From: an uncultured delta proteobacterium
GTDB lineage: Bacteria; Desulfobacterota; RBG-13-43-22
Length of the DNA: 64,000 nucleotides
Assembly (NCBI GenBank): GCA_963802945.1
Contig: CAWDKY010000014.1
Location: 155,855 to 219,854, forward strand
Direction: 5' to 3'
How positions within the stretch are numbered: the first letter of the stretch is position 1; the number at the start of each line of letters is the position of its first letter. This document shows, one piece after another, positions 12,708 through 23,051 of this stretch. Below the pieces are notes generated by a model. It ran no database searches. It had not been told where the DNA came from and was given only the letters and a program-made list of their open reading frames with translations. Made by a program: the position numbers and the translations under genes.

Positions 12708-14153
12708 ATGAAAAAGGGGTCAAGGATTCAAGGAGTCAAGGATTCAAGTGAAAGGCCTGGAAGAAACAAAAAGCAAACCCTTGAACCCTTGAATCCTCGA
12801 ATCCTCGAATCCTCATTTTTTAAGAAACTCTATTTCATCAGCTTGGGGTGTGTCAAGAATCAGGTGGACAGTGAGATGATGCTTCATCAACTGACAAACA
12901 ATGGTTTTTCTATCGCCCAGGAACCTGATGAGGCCGAAGTGGTGATCATCAATACCTGCAGTTTTATCGAGTCCGCTACCCAGGAAAGTATAGAAACCAT
13001 TTTGGAGGCAGCCCGTTTAAAGAAAGAGGGGGCTTGCCAAGTCTTGGTAGTCACCGGTTGTTTCCCTCAACGTTATAAAAAACAATTGATAAGTCAATTG
13101 CCGGAAGTGGACCTATTCCTGGGGACGGAATCTTTTTTAGGTTTGACCTGGCATCTACAAGAGTTGTTGGCCGGCAAAACAAAATCGAAAATGATTCTCA
13201 AACCCGATCCCGGACTCTGGGAAGAATCGCATCATCGTTTACTGACCACCTCCCCGGGAACGGCTTATTTAAAAATCGCCGAAGGCTGTTCCAATCACTG
13301 CGCCTACTGTACGATCCCTTCTATTCGAGGAAAATTCCGCAGTCGTGACCCAAAGGTGTTGATACAGGAAGCTCAAATCCTGGCCGTGCAGGGAACCAAA
13401 GAACTCATTTTGGTGGCCCAGGATACTACGGCCTATGGATATGATCTTCGTCAACCGGCTTCTTTGATTGGCCTGATTAAAAATATTTTAAAGATCAATT
13501 CTTTTCAGTGGCTGCGCCTGCTGTATTTGAGGCCGGAAAGGATTACGCAAGAACTCTTGGATTTGATAGCCCAGGAAGAAAGAATTTGTCCATATTTCGA
13601 CATCCCGATCCAGCATGTCAGCGACCGTATTCTAAAGTCCATGGGCCGGCCTTATGGGCAAAAGGCATTAAGGGATTTGATTAAAAAAATCTATAGCACA
13701 GTACCTGAGGCAGCCCTACGGACGACTTTAATGGTGGGCTTTCCGGGTGAAAGGGATGAAGATTTTCAAGAACTGCTTCAATTTGTTGCCGAGACAGCTT
13801 TTGATCATCTGGGGGTTTTCAGATATTCCCCTGAAGAAGGGACCCCGGCGGCCAGCTATCCCGATCAGGTCCCGGAAGAGATCGGTCAATGTCGGATGGA
13901 GTTGTTGATGTCCAGGCAGAAAGAAATCTCCTTAAAGAAAAATCAAAGTCGGATCAGTTCAGTGGAGCCGGTCCTGATATCCGGAATTAGTCCGGAAAGC
14001 GATTTATTGATCGAAGGTCGGACCCGTTTCCAGGCTCCGGAGGTGGACGGGGTAGTCTTTATTGCCGACGGGGAACCCAAAATAGGTGAGATGGTCAAAG
14101 TTAAAATCACCGAAGCCCATGCTTATGATCTGGTTGGGGTAGTGTTTGAATAA
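12708..14153 (+). CDS. rimO: Ribosomal protein S12 methylthiotransferase
   Basis: SLGCVKNQVDSE, INTCSFI, KIAEGCSNHCAYC radical SAM motif, APEVDG TRAM domain; ATG 12708 with aggaaag RBS. Confidence 0.93.
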   Translation: MKKGSRIQGVKDSSERPGRNKKQTLEPLNPRILESSFFKKLYFISLGCVKNQVDSEMMLHQLTNNGFSIAQEPDEAEVVIINTCSFIESATQESIETILEAARLKKEGACQVLVVTGCFPQRYKKQLISQLPEVDLFLGTESFLGLTWHLQELLAGKTKSKMILKPDPGLWEESHHRLLTTSPGTAYLKIAEGCSNHCAYCTIPSIRGKFRSRDPKVLIQEAQILAVQGTKELILVAQDTTAYGYDLRQPASLIGLIKNILKINSFQWLRLLYLRPERITQELLDLIAQEERICPYFDIPIQHVSDRILKSMGRPYGQKALRDLIKKIYSTVPEAALRTTLMVGFPGERDEDFQELLQFVAETAFDHLGVFRYSPEEGTPAASYPDQVPEEIGQCRMELLMSRQKEISLKKNQSRISSVEPVLISGISPESDLLIEGRTRFQAPEVDGVVFIADGEPKIGEMVKVKITEAHAYDLVGVVFE

Positions 14154-14349
14154 ATATTTTCCTATTAAGAGTGGAGGATCAAATCTCTCTGAACATCTTA
14201 AGGATAGATGCTCAGGCCGATCAGGTCCAGATCGAAATGTTTACTCAGAACGCCCACCCAATAAAGGCCTTATCATATACCGCAAGTGGATCTGTTGACC
14301 TGTTCGTTTAATGGTTTCAGCCACCGTCAAGAAAAGTGGTACATTAGAC

Positions 14350-15066
14350 TCATCGAGAGAGGAGAACGATCAGAAGAGATAAAAAAATCATGACATGAGC
14401 GGTGATAATACCCCATTTATGGCGATGGTAGAATTCGTTTGCCTTTTGAATCCGCTCGAGTCCACCACATAATCGCCTGAAACGCTCAAGAACCGGGTAT
14501 TTGTTATTGTCCGAGGCAAAATCTTTTTGAAACGCAAACATGGGACAAACGGCGTAGAGGTGATCAGTCAGCGGCCGAAACAGGGTATCGATGACAACCC
14601 CTTGCCAGGGCTGAGAAGCCACGGTTTCAGCGTAAGATCTGTTTAAGGCATAGGCATGGGCAAGGCTCTGGTAAACGACTTTTTGTATGAAGGGATTAGT
14701 CGTTCTCCGACTTGAGCGTATTAAGGCCCCCAAAAGCAGCACTTTCCAGTCCGGATGGTCTATGAGAAATTGAGTGCATTGCTTGAAGCGCTCTAGGTCA
14801 AAGCGGTCAAAAATGATGTCATCTTCGAAAACGACGATACTTTCTGCGCCGGCATCCAAGCCGTTACGCAGGCAGGTTATGTGAGATTCATACATCCCTT
14901 GTTCGACATTGAAGGGATGACGTTTGACAATGACGAATTCAACTTTTCCGGTCAGTCCTACCTTCGAGAACGAGGCTGCAGCCGACTGCCGCCGGTCTTC
15001 ACGCTCTTCCAAGGAGATGCAATAGATGCGATCAAAAAAATTCCAGCCATAAGTCTCTTTCTTCAC
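14350..15066 (-). CDS. Glycosyltransferase family 25-like protein
   Basis: IYCISLEEREDRR, GMYESH, VFEDD, AHAYAL; C-terminal TM; likely GTG start at 15066. Confidence 0.75.
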   Translation of the reverse strand: MKKETYGWNFFDRIYCISLEEREDRRQSAAASFSKVGLTGKVEFVIVKRHPFNVEQGMYESHITCLRNGLDAGAESIVVFEDDIIFDRFDLERFKQCTQFLIDHPDWKVLLLGALIRSSRRTTNPFIQKVVYQSLAHAYALNRSYAETVASQPWQGVVIDTLFRPLTDHLYAVCPMFAFQKDFASDNNKYPVLERFRRLCGGLERIQKANEFYHRHKWGIITAHVMIFLSLLIVLLSR

Positions 15067-15166
15067 GATGTCCTCGATCAAGAGCTTTTTTCTTTGACGA
15101 ACCAATATAATATGAGTATTGTGCCCTGTCAAGAGATGGCTGGAAGTGGACTTTCTGTGATTTTTT

Positions 15167-15207
15167 AGGTAAGCCTCCGGCTCTGCCGGAAGTCGAGTGA
15201 CTTACCT
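15167..15207. mobile_element. IS200/IS605-like subterminal hairpin remnant
   Basis: aggtaagcctccggctctgccggaagtcgagtgacttacct; no transposase nearby. Confidence 0.4.
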
Positions 15208-15220
15208 GGAATAAGGTCTT

Positions 15221-15571
15221 ATGATTCGAAGAAAAATTATCGAATACCTTACCGAGAGAAAATTTATCATCGAGATACTTGAGAATCCGACGGATCTCAG
15301 TGAATTCAAAGAACGTCCGACGGCGCGTTTGATCTTCGGATTGATCTTGATGGGGTTGAGTTATGTTATCGGATGGCCGGCAGTGGCCGTTTTGAGCCTT
15401 CTAGCGGCCTGGTTCAGGAAACCGATGATTGCCGTCATCGGCTGCCCAACGACCTACGGTCTCTCCTATGTGGTCTTTATTGTCGGCGCCTGGCTTGCCC
15501 GCGCACCCCACTATCTGGGGATTCTGGGGAAATACACCCTACAAAATTTCCTCAAAAAATTGCTCTCCTAA
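15221..15571 (+). CDS. hypothetical membrane protein
   Basis: 116 aa, two to three TM segments. Confidence 0.65.
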   Translation: MIRRKIIEYLTERKFIIEILENPTDLSEFKERPTARLIFGLILMGLSYVIGWPAVAVLSLLAAWFRKPMIAVIGCPTTYGLSYVVFIVGAWLARAPHYLGILGKYTLQNFLKKLLS

Positions 15572-15798
15572 TTGGATGGAGGAAGTTATGGCCGAAGGCA
15601 TCAAGAGGGGAAAAAGTGGAACCCCGCCATTCATGATGTCGAATAGGCAGGAGGTCCTTGCCAAGCTGAGCTTTACCCATCTTGGCATCTTCAGGCTGTC
15701 TCCGGAAAAGGTCCAATCGGCGCCGCTGATATAAAAATGGCAACCGAACCCCCTCCAAAGCCTTTCGAATGGATTGGGATAATTCTCCCATATCGATA

Positions 15799-16131
15799 TC
15801 AAGAGACAGGGGCGTCTCCCTTAGACACGGCCACGGCAAATTTACAAAATTGTTCCCAGGTACTGAAATCATACCACCACTTGAACCCCATATCCTCAAT
15901 CCCGCACTCTTTTAGTTCCTGAGTCAGTTCAGAAAGCATCATAAAGAGGGAGTTCTTTATAGGGGAATCGGGATAATCCGTCTTTTCAGGATCTTTCCCA
16001 AGACTGCCCTCCTGATAAACCGGGTGTCCCAAATTCCCTTTTAGAAAACCATATCCGGCTTTGCTCTCGATAAGTGCTTTAAGCCCCAAATAGAGAAACT
16101 GCTGTTGTGAGAAGGTCAGATGGCTAAACAT
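15799..16131 (-). CDS. hypothetical protein
   Basis: 110 aa ORF with aaggag RBS. Confidence 0.6.
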   Translation of the reverse strand: MFSHLTFSQQQFLYLGLKALIESKAGYGFLKGNLGHPVYQEGSLGKDPEKTDYPDSPIKNSLFMMLSELTQELKECGIEDMGFKWWYDFSTWEQFCKFAVAVSKGDAPVS

Positions 16132-16205
16132 ATCGATGCTCCTTGTTCTTTACCGAAAGGTTCTTTTATCCCGCAATCCGTAATCGGCAATTCGAAAATG
16201 AACGC

Positions 16206-17207
16206 CTATACCGCCTGCAATCGTTTCTTTCCATCCGTTGAAAAATAGATCAGCCCGTCCCTGAGTTCTCTTTGGACCAGACCCTTATTCTCCAGATAGA
16301 TCAAATGGGAGATGGCTTCAGCAGTGGCAAACCATTTTTGCATGACCGGAAAATCGTCCCAGGATTTGGCCACGATATCCCAGGTCATTTTCGAGGCCGT
16401 CCAGTAAGCGGTGAGGGTTTCCTCTTGCAGGATGGAAATCACTTCGTTGGCCCGGATACGATGATGTTCGAGCAATTCCAAAACCCGTTTTTTAAAGTCG
16501 GTAATAAAGCTCCGATGTCCGGGAAGACATAGCCGCACATCCATTTCATAGACTTTTTTCAGACTCTTGATATACAGGGCAAGAGGATCATGGTCATCGG
16601 ACCAGTTTTGTATATTGGGGGTGATGTCGCCCAGCACATGGTCCCCTGAGAAAAAGATCTTTTTATCCCGCTCATACAGACAGACATGACTTAAGGTATG
16701 TCCGGGTGTGGATACCACTTCCAAGGTATAATCCCCAACTTTGAAAATATCTCCAGCCCGGGTAACCTGATAATCCACCACGGATTCCGGTCCATACTTA
16801 AAACCGGGATGGTTCACCATGGCAGACTGGAGTTCCTCGTCGGGGAAGCCGCTCTTGGCGGCATAATCCCCCATGGGAGAACGTCGGGCATGGGGTGTAG
16901 TGCCCGCCTTTAATCGATAGGCATCGTCTTCTCCCATATAGGCCCTTGACCCATCTCTCATCAAACCGGCCACCATCCCCTGATGATCGGCGTGCAAATG
17001 GGTGATGAAAAAGTCGGTCTTTCCCAGATCCACACCGATCTCTTCAAGACCCGGCTCCAAGACCTGTTTGCAAGCAGGACGGTTCATACCCGTATCGATG
17101 ACCAGGTTCCGGTCGTCTGAGGTAAGGACATATGAGTTGATTTCTTTGAGGGGGTTCCCCGGCAAGGGAACGACAATTCGGTACAATTGAGGCAAAATCT
17201 CTTCCAT
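16206..17207 (-). CDS. MBL-fold metallo-hydrolase
   Basis: THLHADH, TPGHT, SGDH, LPGH motifs. Confidence 0.9.
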   Translation of the reverse strand: MEEILPQLYRIVVPLPGNPLKEINSYVLTSDDRNLVIDTGMNRPACKQVLEPGLEEIGVDLGKTDFFITHLHADHQGMVAGLMRDGSRAYMGEDDAYRLKAGTTPHARRSPMGDYAAKSGFPDEELQSAMVNHPGFKYGPESVVDYQVTRAGDIFKVGDYTLEVVSTPGHTLSHVCLYERDKKIFFSGDHVLGDITPNIQNWSDDHDPLALYIKSLKKVYEMDVRLCLPGHRSFITDFKKRVLELLEHHRIRANEVISILQEETLTAYWTASKMTWDIVAKSWDDFPVMQKWFATAEAISHLIYLENKGLVQRELRDGLIYFSTDGKKRLQAV

Positions 17208-17389
17208 AATCAAAAATCTCCTTTAATAGAATAGACAAATGGAATGTTAATAATCAGACCTGTTGAAACTTAGTGGGAAATGATGGCCAAAGATCGGGTT
17301 GTTGTGGGATCATTTATTTTCTCCTTGTAACACAGGTTCATGCTTTCTTTCAGGTTATGCCAGATTAAGGATTTAAGAAAGGATCTCCT

Positions 17390-17407
17390 TTGGCATGGAA
17401 AGAGCAT
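17390..17407 (+). promoter_or_regulatory. Possible sigma-54 promoter
   Basis: ttggcatggaaagagcat has GG-N10-GC spacing; -12 box imperfect. Confidence 0.3.
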
Positions 17408-17512
17408 AGAATAAGCTAATGGAAGGGTCAAGGATAAAAAATCGAGTCCCTTTTTCTCCTTGATCCCTTTTTCTCCTTGCCCTATACTCTTTCCATCTTA
17501 ATAAACTTTTTT

Positions 17513-18583
17513 ATGAGTATGCTGCAAGGTCGAATTGATATTCATCACCATGTTATCCCGCCTGCCTTTTTAGAGGCGATGGCCGACAAGGGGATTAGCC
17601 AGGTAGCAGGTGCCCCCCTGCCAAGGTGGACGCCCGAAGCCTCGATGGCGGTCATGGATATGAACGGGATTCAGACCGCAATGACCTCCATTTCTGCGCC
17701 GGGCGTGTATTTCGGAAGCGTACCGGATGCCTGTGATCTGGCACGTCGATGCAATGAATTCTCGGCGGATGTGAAGTCCCGATATCCGGGTCGCTTCGGT
17801 TCATTGGCCGTCTTACCCATGCCTTTTACTGAACAGGCCTGCAAGGAAGCCGTCTATGCCCTCGATACTCTGCTGGCAGACGGCATTGGACTGCTGGGCA
17901 GTACCGAAGGAAAGTTTCTCGGAGATCCCGCCTTTGAGGAGCTGATGGCCGAACTGGACCGACGCCAGGCCGCCGTCTTTGTGCATCCGAACCTTCATGC
18001 TACGAGCCAGGCTATCGGGTTGAATGTGCCGGGGTTTCTGATCGAGTTTCTCTGTGATACAACACGGGCTGCGCTCAATCTGATTGTTTCCGGAACCACA
18101 GAGAAGTATCCCAATATTCGATGGATACTTGCCCATGCCGGGGGGTTTTTGCCCTACGTGGCTTGGCGGGTTTCTCTGGGAAATCTCATGCCGGAGGTCA
18201 GCCAACATGCCCCCCAGGGGATGCTGGCCTATATTAAACGCTTTTATTTCGATACGGCCTTGTCTCCTTCTCCATACACAATGGCTGCTCTTAAGGAGCT
18301 TGTTGAGCCGTCCCACATCCTTTTCGGCAGTGATTTTCCTTTTGCCCCCGCAGCAATCTCTGCGCTTCAAGTGCAAACCTTGGATCGCTCTCCTATATGG
18401 GATGACAATACCAAATACGGGATCAACCGTGGTCATGCACTCAGTCTTTTTCCCGCCCATAAAAGGGTTGATGAGGTTGTCGCTCTACAGCCGGTCTATG
18501 GGCAGCAATCTTTCAGCGTCCGTATTATGCGGGTCTTGGTAAAACCATTGGTCGCTGTGGCTGACCGTTTAAGGAACAAGTAA
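17513..18583 (+). CDS. Amidohydrolase-2 family protein (aromatic acid decarboxylase-like)
   Basis: DIHHH, VHP, AHAGG, FDTA, FGSDFP motifs. Confidence 0.85.
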   Translation: MSMLQGRIDIHHHVIPPAFLEAMADKGISQVAGAPLPRWTPEASMAVMDMNGIQTAMTSISAPGVYFGSVPDACDLARRCNEFSADVKSRYPGRFGSLAVLPMPFTEQACKEAVYALDTLLADGIGLLGSTEGKFLGDPAFEELMAELDRRQAAVFVHPNLHATSQAIGLNVPGFLIEFLCDTTRAALNLIVSGTTEKYPNIRWILAHAGGFLPYVAWRVSLGNLMPEVSQHAPQGMLAYIKRFYFDTALSPSPYTMAALKELVEPSHILFGSDFPFAPAAISALQVQTLDRSPIWDDNTKYGINRGHALSLFPAHKRVDEVVALQPVYGQQSFSVRIMRVLVKPLVAVADRLRNK

Positions 18584-18883
18584 ATCGGCACTTATCATAG
18601 CGGACCGCTTATCCCGGTTAATTAAAGGGTCTTGATCCCATGAAACGTTTCTTCTTGATCGTTATGCTTGAACTCATACGGTATCAGAAACCTTCCGTAA
18701 TGAAAATGAGGTTCAAGGGCTTTGGTTTTGGATGGGGGTCTCTGTTTTTCCTGCCGTAAACCCAAATGACCTAAGATAGGTTTAGTGCTGCCGATTAGGC
18801 AAAAGACGAAGTAGAGACAAAGATGTTCATCCCTTACTTTTGGTAAAGGATGAAAAATAGGGAAGTAGCAGAATAGAGGCAAG

Positions 18884-19465
18884 TCATCTGAAAAACAGTC
18901 CAAGCGATAAGGTAACAGCATTTATGCCAATATTTTCGTGATTGAGTCCGGCATTGGAGACGTGATATAAACGGATGGCGGAGAACCACTTTGTATCTCC
19001 AATGTGATACTCGGTTCCAATACCAAGTTGAGGATTGAAGTTGATCCGCAATCCTTGACCTTCAACCTGAAAGTCGGTGTAGATAATGCCGATGCCTCCC
19101 TCTACATAGGGGTGGAAAAATTTAGTGTCGAGACACCTCAGATAGTATAGGTGGAATATATTGGCCGAGGTTATAAGGCGTGTGTACGGCCCTGACGTTA
19201 CGCCTGCTGTCAGTTCCACTTTGAATTTTAGTTGCTCCGGCGGTTTACGGCCCCACATCTTGGGGTGATTGAACAGGCCAATGCCCGAGAGAAGGGCAAA
19301 CTTGATGTCTCCCTCGGGAGTGTAAGTTGTGCCGCCTGTGATCGCGAAGCCATAGTGGCCCGGAACCGGCTGGGTCGTATTGTTGTCCTGTGCGAAACAT
19401 ATAGCGCACCCGAGAAACAGAAAGACAACAAGTATGACAAATGAAAGAAGGAGAATTCTATACAA
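18884..19465 (-). CDS. Acyloxyacyl hydrolase / PagL-like outer-membrane beta-barrel
   Basis: Signal peptide, PYVEGGIG, NFNPQLGIG, catalytic HVSNAGL, NIGIN. Confidence 0.8.
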   Translation of the reverse strand: MYRILLLSFVILVVFLFLGCAICFAQDNNTTQPVPGHYGFAITGGTTYTPEGDIKFALLSGIGLFNHPKMWGRKPPEQLKFKVELTAGVTSGPYTRLITSANIFHLYYLRCLDTKFFHPYVEGGIGIIYTDFQVEGQGLRINFNPQLGIGTEYHIGDTKWFSAIRLYHVSNAGLNHENIGINAVTLSLGLFFR

Positions 19466-19862
19466 AGTTGAAATCGTGCCTACCAGACTAAATTGGTAAG
19501 AAGTTACTTTTTGATGGAAAGAATATAAAGAATATAAGGAAAGAAAAAGGCATGGTCAAGAAAAAAAATAACTCTTAAGGCAAGTGGACAAAGGGTGTCT
19601 TCTGAAGAAAATGGAACAAGGCAGGGCTGGCCCTTAAGAATAGCCGTTAACGATTACCATTTAAATTCTTCTCTTTTTTCAAAAAGGGTATTGCTTGGGC
19701 TGTTCGTTCGGGTCGAGAGTTTACAAGGGCCTGCTTTTTCCGAAAGTCCCCTGCTCAAAGCAAACATCTCCGTCATGGGCGGACTATATTTTTCCTGGAT
19801 TTTTATGGAATCCAAAACCCTGGTCGAGGCCGACAAATAACCGCTCCTAACCATCTTATTAT

Positions 19863-20588
19863 CTAGGCACAGACCGGACATTCGGGATTTGGTTCAATCC
19901 GGACTTCTGAAAAGCGCATCTCCAACCCATTATAAACAAGAAGTCGGCCGGTAAGGAGTTTTCCAAAACCAACCAAATATTTAATGGCCTCATTGGCTTC
20001 GATCAGGCCGATAATTCCCGGGGTAGTCCCTAAGACTGGGAATTTCTGCGGCGGAGGGGCTTGAGGGAAAAGACATTTCAAACAAGGGGTCTGTCCGGGC
20101 TGGATCACGGTGATCATGCCCATCATACCAAGGATGCCTCCATAGATAAAAGGGATCCTCTGGCGTATTATCTGTTGGTTGATCAAATACCGGGTCGGAA
20201 AATTATCCAAGCCATCCAGGACCAAATCGCACCCGTTCAGCAATTCGGGCAGGGATTCCTCGTTAATCTCTTCTTTTCGGATCTCCAGGTCAATTCTTGG
20301 ATTTAGCTTGGATAGTTTTTCTTTGGCTGATTCCACTTTGGGCCTATTGATGTCCGGTTCCCAGTGGAGGATCTGCCGGTTTAAGTTGCTGAGATCCACC
20401 TGATCCTTGTCTACAATCCGCAAGGCGCCTAGGCCGGCGGCGGTTAAATAATAGGCGGCAGCCGAACCTAGGCCACCAAGGCCGGCAATCAAGATCCGGC
20501 TTTTTTTTAATTTTTCCTGCCCTTCTTCCCCAAAATGTTTAATCATGATTTGCCGATTATAGCGAAGGGCTTCCCGGTCATCGAGCAT
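19863..20588 (-). CDS. ThiF/MoeB/HesA family adenylyltransferase
   Basis: RYNRQ, GLGGLG, SNLNRQ, PCLKC and CPVC zinc motifs. Confidence 0.92.
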   Translation of the reverse strand: MLDDREALRYNRQIMIKHFGEEGQEKLKKSRILIAGLGGLGSAAAYYLTAAGLGALRIVDKDQVDLSNLNRQILHWEPDINRPKVESAKEKLSKLNPRIDLEIRKEEINEESLPELLNGCDLVLDGLDNFPTRYLINQQIIRQRIPFIYGGILGMMGMITVIQPGQTPCLKCLFPQAPPPQKFPVLGTTPGIIGLIEANEAIKYLVGFGKLLTGRLLVYNGLEMRFSEVRIEPNPECPVCA

Positions 20589-20929
20589 CTGGGACCTCCT
20601 TTGGGTTTTTCGTCAAGCCTATTATCTACCACTGGGAAAAATTCGGTCAATCTTTTTTATGTCTTTGTCCCAGAGGTCTTTTTCACGGCGTTCGGTCAAA
20701 AGAGATTAGTAAAAACTGTCTAACAGATTGTATTTTCTTTTGTTTTATACAATAGATCCTGACCTATTTTCTTGTTTAAAAAAATTGTTTGACCTTTGGA
20801 GAAAAATAATCTAAGCTCCCCACTTATTTGAAGGTCCAAAGCCTTTAATCCATCCAAGGATAATCCCAAAGACTTGCAACTCGTTGGTTTTTGGTAAAAA
20901 ATTATTTATCGAATAAGGAGGAAGAATCA

Positions 20930-21115
20930 ATGTTTCAAGTTACGGTTGACGCCGACAAATGTACAGGAGATTCCAACTGTGTGGATACCTGTCCGGTTAG
21001 TGTTTTTGAACTGCAGGATGAAAAGGCCGTACCCGTCAATATGGACGAATGCCTGGGCTGCGAAAGCTGTGTCGAAGTTTGTGAAAGCGGGGCTATTACA
21101 GTAAAAGAAGTATAG
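20930..21115 (+). CDS. Dicluster ferredoxin (CxxDxxC plus CxxCxxC)
   Basis: CTGDSNCVDTCP and CLGCESCVEVC; RBS aggagg. Confidence 0.92.
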   Translation: MFQVTVDADKCTGDSNCVDTCPVSVFELQDEKAVPVNMDECLGCESCVEVCESGAITVKEV

Positions 21116-21175
21116 CCTTTCCGATCATTTTTACGTTGGGAACAGGTCAGGGAATTCCCCGGCCTGTTCTTTTTT

Positions 21176-22921
21176 ATGGACCTTTCTTCCCTAACACCAT
21201 CACAAGAGCAGGCGGTCAGACATCGGGGAAGCCCCTTGATTGTTTTGGCTGGGCCCGGGACAGGGAAGACCAGAACCCTGACCCTTCGTATCGCCCACCT
21301 GATAGAATCTGGAATCACCCGCCCTGATCAAATACTGGCCATCACCTTTACCAATAAAGCCGCCGAGGAAATGAGGTCCCGGATAGAACAACTCTGTCGA
21401 TCGATCGAAAGTGCTTCCCTGCCCTGGATTTCCACTTTTCACGGCTTTTGTTTCCGCTTCCTTCGGGAGCATCTTTCTACCTCTTTTCAATTATTATCTG
21501 AAAATGAGTCCTTGGTTTTTCTCAAAGAAACCGTCCGAAAACAATTCCCCGACTTCCCGACCCAGTCTTTAAAGGACTTAGCCCGGCACATCTCCTGGGC
21601 CAAGAATGCCTTGATTCTACCAGATTTACCAGAAACACTCCCCCATTGGGATACCTATCCAAAGTGGCCTTCCTGCTATCAAGTCTTTCAGGAAAAGCTT
21701 GCTGATCACCAATTTTGGGATTTTGATGAACTCCTTATTCAAGCCGTTACCCTCATGGAAAGAAATCCCGACCTGAGGGCCGTGCTTCAAGCCCGATTCC
21801 CCCATGTATTCATTGATGAATTTCAGGATATCAACCCTTGCCAATATCGGCTCTTTCAACTATTGACCCAAAAAAATGGGGAATGGATGGTTATTGGCGA
21901 CCCCAATCAGGCTATCTACGGCTTCCGGGGGGCCAGCGCCGATTTTTTCTCCCGCCTCCGACAAGATTGTCCCTCTTCGACGGAAATTGTTCTTAGGGAG
22001 ACTTTTCGGCTGAACCGGACCGTCCTGGCAGCTTCGTCTCAGGTCATAAGGAGTTCGCCCCGGAACTTAATCTCAAACCGAAAAGGGGAGCCCTCATTTC
22101 CCGTGGTCAGTCTGTCCTCGGCCGAAGAAGAAGGGGAATACATCACCCGGATGATAGAAGAAGAAATGGGGGGGCTGAGCCTGTCAGCCGAAGGGCCGAA
22201 TTCTTTTTTTAGGCAGAACCAGCCCCGAAGTTTTGCCGATTTTGCTGTTCTTTACCGCCTTCACGCCCAAGGGGTACTGCTGGCCAAGGCCTTTTCAAAG
22301 AAGGGGATCCCCTTTAAAAAGATACAGGAAGTGCACTGGGTGGAAAGGGCGGAAATTCGCGCCTGCTTGACTTTGCTCAAGGCTTTACCCTCTTTAGAGG
22401 TTTCCCCGGCGGAAGCAATAGAAGAGGTTGTTTCGCATGAAAATCCAGAAGTTCATCCGACCACGGCCGAAGGAGCTGAAGCCTTGAAAAAGCTTCGTCT
22501 ATGGGCGGCCACGTTCAAAGGTCGTCTGGGAGAATTTATTGAGGTCCTTTCGATTCAAACCGGACTGGATACCTATGAACCGGATCAGGAAACCGTTAAA
22601 CTTTTGACCCTTCATGCAGCCAAAGGCTTAGAGTTTCCCATAGTCATCATTGCCGGTTGTGAGGCTAACCTTCTTCCCCTCTCTTTGCTTAAGGAATCGG
22701 ATCTGGAAGAAGAACGGCGTCTTTTTTACGTGGGCTTGACCCGAGCCAAAGAAAAAATTATTTTGACCTGGGCCAAAAAACGAACCTTATTCGGGCAGAA
22801 ACTGGTCCAATCCCCCTCTCCGTTTCTAGAAAATATTGAAGCCCTCCTAAAAGATCAGATTAATATTGAAGGGACTAAGCCATCGAAGAAACCGCTTAAA
22901 AAGCAGATGTCCCTGTTTTAA
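21176..22921 (+). CDS. UvrD/PcrA-family SF1 helicase
   Basis: AGPGTGKT, TFTNKAA, DEFQD, GDPNQAIYGFRGA, TLHAAKGLEF, EERRLFYVGLTRA. Confidence 0.92.
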   Translation: MDLSSLTPSQEQAVRHRGSPLIVLAGPGTGKTRTLTLRIAHLIESGITRPDQILAITFTNKAAEEMRSRIEQLCRSIESASLPWISTFHGFCFRFLREHLSTSFQLLSENESLVFLKETVRKQFPDFPTQSLKDLARHISWAKNALILPDLPETLPHWDTYPKWPSCYQVFQEKLADHQFWDFDELLIQAVTLMERNPDLRAVLQARFPHVFIDEFQDINPCQYRLFQLLTQKNGEWMVIGDPNQAIYGFRGASADFFSRLRQDCPSSTEIVLRETFRLNRTVLAASSQVIRSSPRNLISNRKGEPSFPVVSLSSAEEEGEYITRMIEEEMGGLSLSAEGPNSFFRQNQPRSFADFAVLYRLHAQGVLLAKAFSKKGIPFKKIQEVHWVERAEIRACLTLLKALPSLEVSPAEAIEEVVSHENPEVHPTTAEGAEALKKLRLWAATFKGRLGEFIEVLSIQTGLDTYEPDQETVKLLTLHAAKGLEFPIVIIAGCEANLLPLSLLKESDLEEERRLFYVGLTRAKEKIILTWAKKRTLFGQKLVQSPSPFLENIEALLKDQINIEGTKPSKKPLKKQMSLF

Positions 22922-22961
22922 TTGGGAGATCTCTTTTGGGTTTAAAATTTACCGGGTTATC

Positions 22962-23012
22962 TTGACAAGAATCCAGCAGATGATTATCTGTTAAATAAAA
23001 GCATGTTATTTA
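22962..23012 (+). promoter_or_regulatory. Sigma-70-like promoter of Hsp20 with downstream inverted repeat
   Basis: TTGACA at 22962, tatctg 17 nt later; TAAATAA-N7-TTATTTA at 22992-23012. Confidence 0.45.
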
Positions 23013-23051
23013 GTAATGCCGAAGATTAAAATATAAAAAGGGGGTGTTCCT

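Noticed and set aside
15588-15734. Short ORF with ggagg RBS
   Set aside because: No recognisable family; may be a gene fragment
19595-19881. Small ORFs after thiF as a possible MoaD/ThiS sulfur carrier
   Set aside because: No C-terminal GG or ubiquitin-like pattern in the frames read
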